From Chloroflexota bacterium (GTDB lineage: Bacteria; Chloroflexota; Anaerolineae; Anaerolineales; DRKV01), in assembly GCA_037142095.1 (NCBI GenBank), contig JBAXBF010000001.1:1-35517 (forward strand): 35,517 nt of DNA, in the 5' to 3' direction. Each line of letters starts with the position of its first letter. The stretch's first letter is position 1. The notes under the pieces were generated by a model. The model ran no database searches. It was not told the DNA's origin and saw only the letters and a program-made list of their open reading frames with translations. Shown here piece by piece: positions 16,492 to 24,659 of the stretch. Made by a program: the position numbers and the translations under genes.

Positions 16492-17259
16492 TTATTTTAT
16501 TTCATAGGTTACATCAAGATTGACGGTTACAAGCAATTGTCCTGCGGATATGGGTACGTTGTTTGCTTTTGCAGCATCGCCCCCGCCTCCCATACCATAT
16601 CCAGTGAATATTGATGTACCCCCAATTGAAACTTTGGCATCTTTGACTTCGCCCAGGGTTGCGCCGAGGATGGCTGCCATTTCAGACGCTTGTGTGCGGG
16701 CATCCTCAAAAGCCAGCTTACGAGCATCACTCAAAGCCTTGCTCTTATCTGACACATCAAATTGGATGCCATTGATATTATTCGCACCATTACGCGTAAC
16801 TTCCCCGATGAGTTTGCTTAACTGGTTGAGGTCGCGTTCGGTAACACTCAAAGTATTATCCACGATGAACGTTGTGGATTTTTGTACGCCGCTTCCATCG
16901 TATTGATTATTCGTGAATACACTGAAGTTAGAGGTCTGGATATCTTTTCCAGCGATACCATATTTAATCAAAATGTCTTTGATTTTTTGACTGGTCTGGT
17001 TATTTGTGTCGATCGCTTTAACTACATCAGGATTTTCCGTATGAACACCGACATTTACATGAGCAATATCAGGCGCGAGGTTAACACTGCCTGTTCCTGA
17101 GACGCTTAATGTACGCCCTGGTACGTCTGTGGGTGAAGTTTCAATCCGTAAATCTTTTTGATCAGGTAGAGACATTGCATTTGCAGGCGTTATTATGGAT
17201 GTAGTGAACATCAGTACTAGTATTAGGATCGCTATGATAAAAACCGTTTTGTTATTCAT
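16492..17259 (-). CDS. secreted SIMPL-domain (DUF541/BP26-like) protein
   Basis: Signal peptide MNNKTVFIIAILILVLMFTTSIITPANA, then VSGTGSVNLAPDIAHVNVGV... in a typical SIMPL layout. Start chosen at ATG 17259, which has AAGGAG 7 nt upstream; the track start at 17292 lacks a Shine-Dalgarno. Confidence 0.72.
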   Translation of the reverse strand: MNNKTVFIIAILILVLMFTTSIITPANAMSLPDQKDLRIETSPTDVPGRTLSVSGTGSVNLAPDIAHVNVGVHTENPDVVKAIDTNNQTSQKIKDILIKYGIAGKDIQTSNFSVFTNNQYDGSGVQKSTTFIVDNTLSVTERDLNQLSKLIGEVTRNGANNINGIQFDVSDKSKALSDARKLAFEDARTQASEMAAILGATLGEVKDAKVSIGGTSIFTGYGMGGGGDAAKANNVPISAGQLLVTVNLDVTYEIK

Positions 17260-17375
17260 TAGAAATCTCCTTTTTTGATATAAATTTGACACTTATTGAT
17301 GTCAGCAATGGAATTCATAGAAATAGGTGTAAGAAAGTATACCATTATTGCAATATAAAGGGAAGGCATTGCGTG

Positions 17376-17384
17376 TGATATACT
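17376..17384 (+). promoter_or_regulatory. extended -10 element (TGaTATACT) 6 nt upstream of the ATG: leaderless-type start
   Basis: TG at 17376-17377, then TATACT at 17379-17384, then ATG at 17391. There is no Shine-Dalgarno and the -35 is poor. Confidence 0.4.
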
Positions 17385-17390
17385 TTGACT

Positions 17391-18980
17391 ATGAGGTACA
17401 TCGGAGTAAGATGGATAGCCATTATAAGCATTTTGGTAATGGCGATATTTGCCTGTAGTTATGCCGAAAATGAAAAAGAGCAATTATCTACTGCACCGGA
17501 TGCAAATGCCACTATTAATCCTACTTCAACTATTCAACTGGCACTCACCCCTAAGATTTCTTTCGATCCGTTTCTTAATCGAAAAATGATATTCGGTTTA
17601 ACCCAGTTAAGATTGGGTGACCCACAGGATATTAATCTTTCAAAAGAACTGGGAGTTTCTTGGATTTCTTCGCAGCCCTTCGTCATTTGGGTGGATATTG
17701 AAAAAGTTCCAGGCTATTATGACTGGTCAAAATTGGATGAGGAAGTCTCAACCATTCAACAGATGAATCTGGATTGCGTCATTGTATTGATACCGATGAC
17801 CCTTGCTCCTGAAGAACAAGCCAAAATTAAAAAAGAAACAGGCGCAGCAGATTATCGTTTTCTATTATTCAAAAACGATTCAGGAGATGTACAGTTGTAT
17901 CCCCATACTGAGGCAGAAAATAACCGCTGGAAAAACTTTATCCGTGCTTTGGTTGACCGCTACAATGGGGATGGTGTAAATGATGCTCCCCACCTGCGCT
18001 TTCCGGTAAGAAACTGGCAGATTCTAGATCAGTTTCCTTCACCATGGTTTTCTGATGTTAAAACCTACTTAAATTTATTAAGGATTTCCTATCAGGGAAT
18101 AAAGTCAATTGATCCGACAGCTCGGGTGCTCCTGGCGGGAGTGGCGAGTGAAAACGTTCAAAGACTTGCTTTTGCAAACGGAGATATTGAGGATAACGAG
18201 GCAGGTGTCGTTGCCGGGACTCGTTTCGGGCGTCCCCAAGTCGGCAGTATGAAAGATACAAAAATTGCCAAACTAAATCTGGAATTTATTCTCAAAGAAG
18301 GTAAAGGCTCATTTGATATTGCGGATTTGCATCTATATGTTCCTAAAACGACCTTCGTCCATGGTGAAATTACATGGCTGCGGAACTTACTTCTGCAATA
18401 CGGGTACAATATCCCTGTCTGGATCACAGAGGCAGGGGGTCCCTACAAACTCAGGGCTGGTCAGAAATCCAGTTTTGGAGATTATTACTACGGTTATTAT
18501 ACGGATAAAGAGAATGCTGAATTTGTTATCAAAATACATGTTTTAGCTGCCGTGGATGAAGTTGAGCGATTTAATTGGCGTCTGGCAGAAACGGAAGGTA
18601 AAGATTTTTATAACGGTCCCTATTCAAACATGGGGCTGATTCATCCCAATAGTATGAAGAAACCTTCTTATTTTGCTTATAAAAACCTACGGAACTTCTT
18701 GCAAGATTTCTCTAATGTGATAGACTTAAGCAGTAAGAATGTTAAGCTGTATGAGTTCTCCATTGGTAGTCAGAAAAAATATATCGGTTGGCTCGAAAAA
18801 GAAACGAAGCAAAACACCATCGATTTGAGTAAGTATCTACCAAGAGGAATACTCAAGATCGTTCCAGTAATCACTGCGCTTGATTCACGGGGTAATGCAC
18901 TTCAACCTGATAATATCAATGTGGAAATCTACGCAGTTCCGATGGGAATAACACCAATATTTATTGAGGGGCAAGAATAA
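17391..18980 (+). CDS. putative lipoprotein, TIM-barrel glycoside-hydrolase-like (clan GH-A-like)
   Basis: Lipobox-like AIFAC after a hydrophobic signal. VWITEAGGP (Glu codon 18429-18431) resembles the clan GH-A nucleophile strand. The family call is tentative. Start at ATG 17391 is preferred to TTG 17385. Confidence 0.55.
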   Translation: MRYIGVRWIAIISILVMAIFACSYAENEKEQLSTAPDANATINPTSTIQLALTPKISFDPFLNRKMIFGLTQLRLGDPQDINLSKELGVSWISSQPFVIWVDIEKVPGYYDWSKLDEEVSTIQQMNLDCVIVLIPMTLAPEEQAKIKKETGAADYRFLLFKNDSGDVQLYPHTEAENNRWKNFIRALVDRYNGDGVNDAPHLRFPVRNWQILDQFPSPWFSDVKTYLNLLRISYQGIKSIDPTARVLLAGVASENVQRLAFANGDIEDNEAGVVAGTRFGRPQVGSMKDTKIAKLNLEFILKEGKGSFDIADLHLYVPKTTFVHGEITWLRNLLLQYGYNIPVWITEAGGPYKLRAGQKSSFGDYYYGYYTDKENAEFVIKIHVLAAVDEVERFNWRLAETEGKDFYNGPYSNMGLIHPNSMKKPSYFAYKNLRNFLQDFSNVIDLSSKNVKLYEFSIGSQKKYIGWLEKETKQNTIDLSKYLPRGILKIVPVITALDSRGNALQPDNINVEIYAVPMGITPIFIEGQE

Positions 18981-18982
18981 CC

Positions 18983-20506
18983 TTGATCGTAAAAAAAGGA
19001 ATAAAATCCTTCTTTTCTATATACATCATAATTTTATTCGCTAGTTTGATAACGGCTTGTGATCCTGACACGGCTAACGGGGCAGAAGGCAAACCCCTTG
19101 TACAAGAGGTACTTCCACAGTCAACGGACGTTCCCATGCCAACGGTAGTACCTGTCGAACAAGCGAAGGACTACAAGAAACCACGTCCAAACTATCAACC
19201 GGCTGAATTAGTGGATTACATTGCTCAGGCGGGTGATACCTTACCGGCATTATCCATTCGCTTTAACACGACGATAGATGAAATACGTAAAGCAAACCCC
19301 ATCATTCCCAGTGATGCAACCACGATGCCTCCTGGAATGCCAATGAAAATTCCGGTTTATTATTTACCTTTCTGGGGTACCCAATTCAAGATCGTACCAG
19401 ACAGCTTGTTTGTAAATGGACCAGACCAGAAAGATTTTGATATCCAGGCTTTTCTTGATAAATATCCTGGCTGGATAAAAGATTACACGAGTTATGCTGA
19501 AGATGCCAATCATACCGGCGCGGAAATAATTAACTTAATCGCCCAAGACTATTTAGTCAGTCCACGCTTGTTATTGGCGATGATGGAGTATCAGTCTGGG
19601 TCGCTGACTCAAGCGGATTTGCCTGAAGATAACCGTATGTATCCAATGGGATATCGCGATAGTCATTACAAAGATTTATATTTACAGATGATGTGGGCTG
19701 CTAATCTGCTCAATGATGGATATTACCGTTGGAGAGAAGGCTCACTAACGCAGTTTGAACTGAAAGATGGTCGGATTGAAAGGCCGGACCCTTGGCAGAA
19801 CGCAGCCACGGTAGCCCTTCAAAACTTTTTTTTACAGCTTCACTCTCAAGAAGGGTATGATCATTCAATTTCTCCGGAGGGTTTTGCTGCTACTTATCAG
19901 AAATTATTTGGAGATCCCTGGTCGGTTGATCAAGCCCACATCCCGGGCAACTTGCGTCAGCCGGACTTTATTCTTCCTTTTGAGCCAAATAGGACATGGG
20001 CATTAACCGGTGGACCCCATACTGGGTGGGGAAGTGGTCAGCCCTGGTCTGCTCTGGATTTTGCTCCTCCTTCTGTAGCTTTTGGCTGTATTACTTCTGA
20101 AGAATGGGTAACAGCAGTCTCTTCTGGTGTGGTCACACGTTCAAATAATGGTCTGATTGCATTGGATCTGGATGGGGATGGCGATGAACGGACTGGATGG
20201 GTAATTATGTATTTACACATCGCCACCAAGGATCGAGTATCCCTAGGAAAAAGGTTGGAGACTGGGGATCATATCGGACATCCGTCTTGCGAAGGTGGAC
20301 GCGCTACTGGTACCCATGTGCATATTACCCGTCAATTTAATGGTGAATGGGTGCCGGCATACGGCACAATGGCATTTGATTTTGAGGGCTGGATTGCGCA
20401 GAAAGGCGAGGAACCTTATAAAGGGACATTGGTAAGGTATCCACAAACCGTTATTGCGAATACAAATGCAACGTATAAATCGTTCATTGCCAGAAATATG
20501 CGATAA
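18983..20506 (+). CDS. LysM domain plus M23-family metallopeptidase lipoprotein
   Basis: A TTG start gives the signal peptide MIVKKGIKSFFSIYIIILFASLITAC (lipobox). LysM: YIAQAGDTLPALSIRFNTTIDEIRKANP. M23: GPHTGW...ALDFA and GDHIGHPSCEGGRATGTHVHI (HxH). Confidence 0.85.
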   Translation: MIVKKGIKSFFSIYIIILFASLITACDPDTANGAEGKPLVQEVLPQSTDVPMPTVVPVEQAKDYKKPRPNYQPAELVDYIAQAGDTLPALSIRFNTTIDEIRKANPIIPSDATTMPPGMPMKIPVYYLPFWGTQFKIVPDSLFVNGPDQKDFDIQAFLDKYPGWIKDYTSYAEDANHTGAEIINLIAQDYLVSPRLLLAMMEYQSGSLTQADLPEDNRMYPMGYRDSHYKDLYLQMMWAANLLNDGYYRWREGSLTQFELKDGRIERPDPWQNAATVALQNFFLQLHSQEGYDHSISPEGFAATYQKLFGDPWSVDQAHIPGNLRQPDFILPFEPNRTWALTGGPHTGWGSGQPWSALDFAPPSVAFGCITSEEWVTAVSSGVVTRSNNGLIALDLDGDGDERTGWVIMYLHIATKDRVSLGKRLETGDHIGHPSCEGGRATGTHVHITRQFNGEWVPAYGTMAFDFEGWIAQKGEEPYKGTLVRYPQTVIANTNATYKSFIARNMR

Positions 20507-20625
20507 TCTCGTGCGGCTTTTTATATGGGTGGTTCATCTCTTTGATTGAACTAGATTTATTCGCTGCTATCCTTTACCTTAAAGAATTCATCCTCGCCGA
20601 ATAGTCACTAATTCTCGATATTCTC

Positions 20626-20653
20626 TTGACAAAGTTACATATATGAGTATAAT
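20626..20653 (+). promoter_or_regulatory. sigma70-type promoter of the T-box/trpB2 transcript
   Basis: TTGACA (20626-20631), 16 nt spacer, TATAAT (20648-20653). Confidence 0.6.
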
Positions 20654-20659
20654 TATGGT

Positions 20660-21007
20660 AACATAATACGATAACAACGTTGAGAAGGACGAGTAAGTAA
20701 CGACACGGTGATACAGAGAGTCGGGAGAAGGTGAGAACCTGACGAACACGCCGTTGCTGAATGGACCTTGGAGTTGCAGGGCGAAAGGATATCGAGTAGT
20801 CTGTGCCGGATTTGTCTCCGTTATAAAGACATGACCATACGGAGTTAGGGACTATAACCTTAAACCAAGTGGTTACGAGTGAGGCTGGCTTCTTTATCCG
20901 TCGTATCACAGGCGGTTTTTTTGTTAAAGAGGTAAGGTCAGCTTAATTTGGGTGGCACCACGGGAAAATACGTTCCCGTCCCATTGTGGACGGGAACGTT
21001 TTGTTTT
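20660..21007 (+). promoter_or_regulatory. T-box riboswitch leader, tRNA-Trp specific (UGG specifier)
   Basis: Stem I elements: GAGAAGGACGAGTAAGTA (GA/K-turn and AGUA), AGAGAG (20715-20720) and distal GGTGAGAA (20730-20737). Specifier loop GAA-UGG-A, with UGG at 20762-20764. Conserved T-box sequence AATTTGGGTGGCACCACGG at 20945-20963. A terminator/antiterminator alternative follows. Confidence 0.85.
20970..21007 (+). terminator. T-box attenuator terminator
   Basis: 12 bp stem ACGTTCCCGTCC (20970-20981) / GGACGGGAACGT (20987-20998) followed by TTTTGTTTT. The 5' arm can alternatively pair with the T-box region to form the antiterminator. Confidence 0.85.
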
Positions 21008-21041
21008 AATTATTATTACTAAAAAAATGGAGGATTTTATC

Positions 21042-22424
21042 ATGTCTGAACAAACTCGATTTATTTTATCTGAATCTGATTTGCCAAAATTTTGGTACAA
21101 TATCAACGCGGATGTTACATCACCGGTCCCTCCGGTATTACATCCGGTTACGCATGAACCAGTAACGCCGGACTTCCTTTCAGTCTTATTCCCTATGGAA
21201 GTGATTCAACAAGAGGTAAGTACCGAACAATTCATCCAGATACCCGATGAAGTCCGCGAAATTTACCGTTTATACCGCCCAACGCCTCTGCTTCGCGCCC
21301 GCCGTTTAGAAAAAGCCTTGGGTACACCTGCTCACATTTATTTTAAGAACGAATCAGTCTCCCCTGCTGGGAGCCATAAACCGAATACAGCCATCCCGCA
21401 AGCCTTCTATAATAAGGCTGAAGGCGTTAAGGCGTTAACAACTGAAACGGGCGCGGGGCAATGGGGATCTGCCTTGGCTATGGCATGTCAATTCTTTGAT
21501 CTTGATCTCGAAGTATACATGGTGAAGATATCTTATCAGCAAAAACCATACCGGCGGGTGTTAATGGAAACTTATGGTGCACAGGTATTCGCCAGTCCTA
21601 CTAACCTGACTGAATATGGACGTAAATTATTGGCAGAAACACCGGATAGCCCTGGTTCTCTTGGAATAGCGATCTCAGAGGCGGTAGAAGTTGCCGCGAC
21701 CTCTAACGGAAAGAAAAAATATAGCCTTGGTTCTGTTCTTAACCACGTCTTATTACATCAGACAGTTATTGGTGAAGAATCGATTAAACAGATGGAAATG
21801 GCAGGAGAATATCCAGATGTCGTTCTTGGATGTGTTGGTGGAGGATCTAACTTTGCAGGGATCGCCTTCCCCTTCCTACGGGAGAAATTGCAAGGCAGGC
21901 ATCAAGACACTCGTTTTGTAGCCGTTGAACCAACGGCAACACCATCCATTACACGTGGAAAATACGCCTTTGATTATGGTGATACAGCCGGAATGACACC
22001 TCTGGTCAAGATGCATACCCTAGGACATTCGTTTGTTCCCGCTCCTATTCATGCAGGTGGGTTACGATACCACGGCATGGCTCCAGCTTTGTGTCATTTA
22101 GTAGATGAAGGTTATATTGATGCAATCGCTGTCTCTCAGTTGGCGACCTTTGAAGCTGCGGTACTTTTCGCACGCTGTGAAGGCATCTTGCCAGCCCCAG
22201 AATCAGCCCATGCTATTCGGGCTGCTATAGATGAAGCACTGCAAGCCAAAATCTTGGGTGAGAAACGGGTTATCTTGTTCAATCTAAGTGGACATGGGCA
22301 TTTTGACCTGTCTTCTTATGAGTCTTATTTGAGTGGTAATTTACAAGATTACGAATTGCCAACTGCAGATATTGAGAAATACACTGCCTTTCTGCCTATC
22401 ATAAAAGAGACGGCACTCGCATAA
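21042..22424 (+). CDS. trpB: TrpB2-type tryptophan synthase beta-like PLP enzyme
   Basis: Start at ATG 21042 (MSEQTRF) with a GGAGG Shine-Dalgarno; the track start at 20952 runs through the T-box terminator. [23 protein letters not shown] (PLP lysine), [12 protein letters not shown] and [12 protein letters not shown] are present. The length of about 460 aa is typical of TrpB2 rather than TrpB1. Confidence 0.9.
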   Translation: MSEQTRFILSESDLPKFWYNINADVTSPVPPVLHPVTHEPVTPDFLSVLFPMEVIQQEVSTEQFIQIPDEVREIYRLYRPTPLLRARRLEKALGTPAHIYFKNESVSPAGSHKPNTAIPQAFYNKAEGVKALTTETGAGQWGSALAMACQFFDLDLEVYMVKISYQQKPYRRVLMETYGAQVFASPTNLTEYGRKLLAETPDSPGSLGIAISEAVEVAATSNGKKKYSLGSVLNHVLLHQTVIGEESIKQMEMAGEYPDVVLGCVGGGSNFAGIAFPFLREKLQGRHQDTRFVAVEPTATPSITRGKYAFDYGDTAGMTPLVKMHTLGHSFVPAPIHAGGLRYHGMAPALCHLVDEGYIDAIAVSQLATFEAAVLFARCEGILPAPESAHAIRAAIDEALQAKILGEKRVILFNLSGHGHFDLSSYESYLSGNLQDYELPTADIEKYTAFLPIIKETALA

Positions 22425-22465
22425 ACCTTTTCGTGTTTCATTGATTTTCTCCTTATAGTTTTAGA

Positions 22466-22503
22466 AAAGGAGGTACAGACAGCTCTTGTACCTCCTTTTC
22501 TAT
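22466..22503 (+). terminator. intrinsic terminator after trpB2
   Basis: AAAGGAGGTACA (22466-22477) / TGTACCTCCTTT (22487-22498) stem running into TTTTCTATT. Confidence 0.65.
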
Positions 22504-22532
22504 TGAAAACTTATGCATAGTAGAGAATTTTG

Positions 22533-22541
22533 TGGTATCCT
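22533..22541 (+). promoter_or_regulatory. extended -10 element (TGgTATCCT) 8 nt upstream of ATG 22550
   Basis: TG at 22533-22534, then TATCCT at 22536-22541, then ATG at 22550. There is no Shine-Dalgarno. It lies just downstream of the trpB2 terminator. Confidence 0.35.
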
Positions 22542-22549
22542 TAAACCCT

Positions 22550-23251
22550 ATGCGGGTTATTGATGTAAATGATTTTCCCGAGGTCTATGCTAATTTTAAT
22601 AAGCCTATTTTAGACCTTGATTGCGGAAAGAAATGTGCACCTTATAATGAATTGGGGATACCTTTCTGTTGTGATACGCGTCACACCGTACCAACAGCCT
22701 ACGAACTTGAATGGGAACAAATAAAACCCCTCACCGACCTCTGGCATATATGGCAAGCCGATTCTCCGGAAGAAATGAAAGGGCTGCAGGATGTTTTACC
22801 TGATGGGCAAGTCTTATTGGAATGTACGGGATTTCTTTCCTGCCAACGACCATATCGCTTAATGGCTTGCCGTGCATTCCCTTTTTATCCTTATTTATCG
22901 TCGAATAAAGAATTTATGGGGATATCTTTTTACTGGGAATATCGCGATCGATGTTGGATAATTAGTAATTTAGATCAGGTATCAAAAGAATATACCGCCC
23001 AATTTATCGAGACCAATGAGCGAATATTTTTAGGTATGCCGGAAGAATTAGAAAACTTTTGCTACCATTCGGCGGATACCCGACGATTATTATCACAGCA
23101 GAGGCGGAGACTTACGCTCCTCCATCGGGATGGTAACATCTATACTATTAATCCAAAAACTGAAGAAATGAGACTTGTACGCTCAGATAAATTACCCAAA
23201 TTTGGTCCCTATCGAGTAGCGGCTGATTTATTATTTTCAGATGAAATGTAA
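22550..23251 (+). CDS. cysteine-cluster protein, YkgJ/CxxCxxCC-like (uncharacterised)
   Basis: CGKKCAPYNELGIPFCCD and LECTGFLSCQRPYRLMACRAFPFYPY resemble the YkgJ-family putative metal-binding Cys clusters. Start could be ATG 22550 (leaderless pattern) or GTG 22532 (the track). Confidence 0.6.
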   Translation: MRVIDVNDFPEVYANFNKPILDLDCGKKCAPYNELGIPFCCDTRHTVPTAYELEWEQIKPLTDLWHIWQADSPEEMKGLQDVLPDGQVLLECTGFLSCQRPYRLMACRAFPFYPYLSSNKEFMGISFYWEYRDRCWIISNLDQVSKEYTAQFIETNERIFLGMPEELENFCYHSADTRRLLSQQRRRLTLLHRDGNIYTINPKTEEMRLVRSDKLPKFGPYRVAADLLFSDEM

Positions 23252-23295
23252 TTATGGTATATTTTTATTAGCTGTAAACGGATCAGGGGTCCCTT

Positions 23296-24525
23296 ATGAG
23301 AATTCGATCTCCTTTTTCAATCTATTTACGTCCTGATAATCCAGATTTTTTAGATCTGCCTTGGGAAAAATCATTGACCGAGTGGCATTTATGCAGTTCA
23401 CGCGTAGAGGAGTTACCGCGCGGCGTTTCTCGGCATTCTGTTGTTTTTGTCAATTATGATAACAATTTATTCGCGATGAAGGAACTTCCAGAAGGGGTGG
23501 CTGAGAAAGAATATGATATGCTGCGCGAAATGGAGGAAAAACATCTACCCACGGTTAAGCCAGTCGGGCATGCAATTATCCAAAATGCTTCTCGCCAGAC
23601 GAGTGTTCTTATCACGCATTATCTGGAACATTCTCTTCCATATCGTTCATTATTCATTCACCGTGAAATGAGACGATATCAAGAGCATCTTTTAGATGCG
23701 ATTGCTGGTTTACTTGTCCAATTGCATCTGGGAGGGGTATTTTGGGGAGATTGTTCTCTTTCAAATACACTTTTTCGGAGAGATGCGGGAGCTTTACAAG
23801 CCTATATGGTCGATGCAGAAACGACTGAATTGCAGGATGATTTGACTCCGATGATCCGCATGGATGATTTAAAGATAATGGAAGAAAACATAACTGGTGA
23901 ATTGGCGGATCTGGCTGCATCGCGGTTGCTGCCGGCAAATTTCCCGGTCTTTGAGACTTCTTCGTCTGTTCGCAAACGTTATATTCGTTTGTGGGAAAGG
24001 ATAACCAGTGAGGTTGTACTGCGTCCTACAGAACATTACCGGATGCAGGAACACGTGCGTGCATTAAACGAACTAGGTTTTTCAGTTGAAGAGGTAGAAT
24101 TGCGGGCTACAGAAAATGGTGCAAAACTTCGTTTAAAAGCGTTCGTCAGTGATCGGAATTTTCACAGAGATCAATTGCATGGTTTGACAGGTATTGAAGC
24201 AGAAGAAATGCAGGCTCGCCAGATTATCAATGAAATCCAGGAATTAAAAGCATCGCTTTCCCATGAGAGCGGACATAACATCACTTTAAGTGTGGCAGCT
24301 TATTATTGGCTGGAAAAAGTCTATCAAACTACATTGGAACAATTAAAACCGGTAATTGATAAAAATCTGCTTGAACCTATTGAACTATACTGTCAGATTC
24401 TTGAGCATAAATGGTTCCTTTCTGAAGAAACCAAAGGGGACGTAGGTCATCAAGCCGCTGTTTTGGATTATCTGAGAAAATTTTATCCAGAATTGATTAA
24501 AAGAAATGAATTAATGAAATTATAA
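23296..24525 (+). CDS. DUF4032-type protein with an N-terminal RIO/Kdo-kinase-like fold
   Basis: Kinase-like core: FAMKELP (Lys), VFWGDCSLSNTLF (catalytic-loop-like, with Trp where kinases have His) and YMVDAETTE (DFG-like Asp). The C-terminal ILEHKWFLSEE block is as I remember it for DUF4032. Confidence 0.68.
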   Translation: MRIRSPFSIYLRPDNPDFLDLPWEKSLTEWHLCSSRVEELPRGVSRHSVVFVNYDNNLFAMKELPEGVAEKEYDMLREMEEKHLPTVKPVGHAIIQNASRQTSVLITHYLEHSLPYRSLFIHREMRRYQEHLLDAIAGLLVQLHLGGVFWGDCSLSNTLFRRDAGALQAYMVDAETTELQDDLTPMIRMDDLKIMEENITGELADLAASRLLPANFPVFETSSSVRKRYIRLWERITSEVVLRPTEHYRMQEHVRALNELGFSVEEVELRATENGAKLRLKAFVSDRNFHRDQLHGLTGIEAEEMQARQIINEIQELKASLSHESGHNITLSVAAYYWLEKVYQTTLEQLKPVIDKNLLEPIELYCQILEHKWFLSEETKGDVGHQAAVLDYLRKFYPELIKRNELMKL

Positions 24526-24574
24526 ACATTATCGGAATCCAATGTTAAATCCTGGCAGAGTGTCCTGCTTAATC

Positions 24575-24603
24575 TGGACAATCTGGCTTCTTTCGGGTAT
24601 GAT
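24575..24603 (+). promoter_or_regulatory. candidate promoter of atpAGDC
   Basis: TGGACA (24575-24580), 17 nt spacer, TATGAT (24598-24603). A 5' UTR of about 50 nt ends in a GGAGGG Shine-Dalgarno. Confidence 0.4.
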
Positions 24604-24659
24604 GGAAAGGAATTTCTTAATATTCCCCAGATTGGATGGGGTGATATAACGGAGGGAAA

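Noticed and set aside
20574-20909. 111 aa minus-strand ORF, and the 20952 start of the trpB2 ORF.
   Set aside because: Both lie on the T-box leader and its terminator. The RNA elements explain the sequence, and the real trpB2 start has a GGAGG Shine-Dalgarno at 21028-21032.
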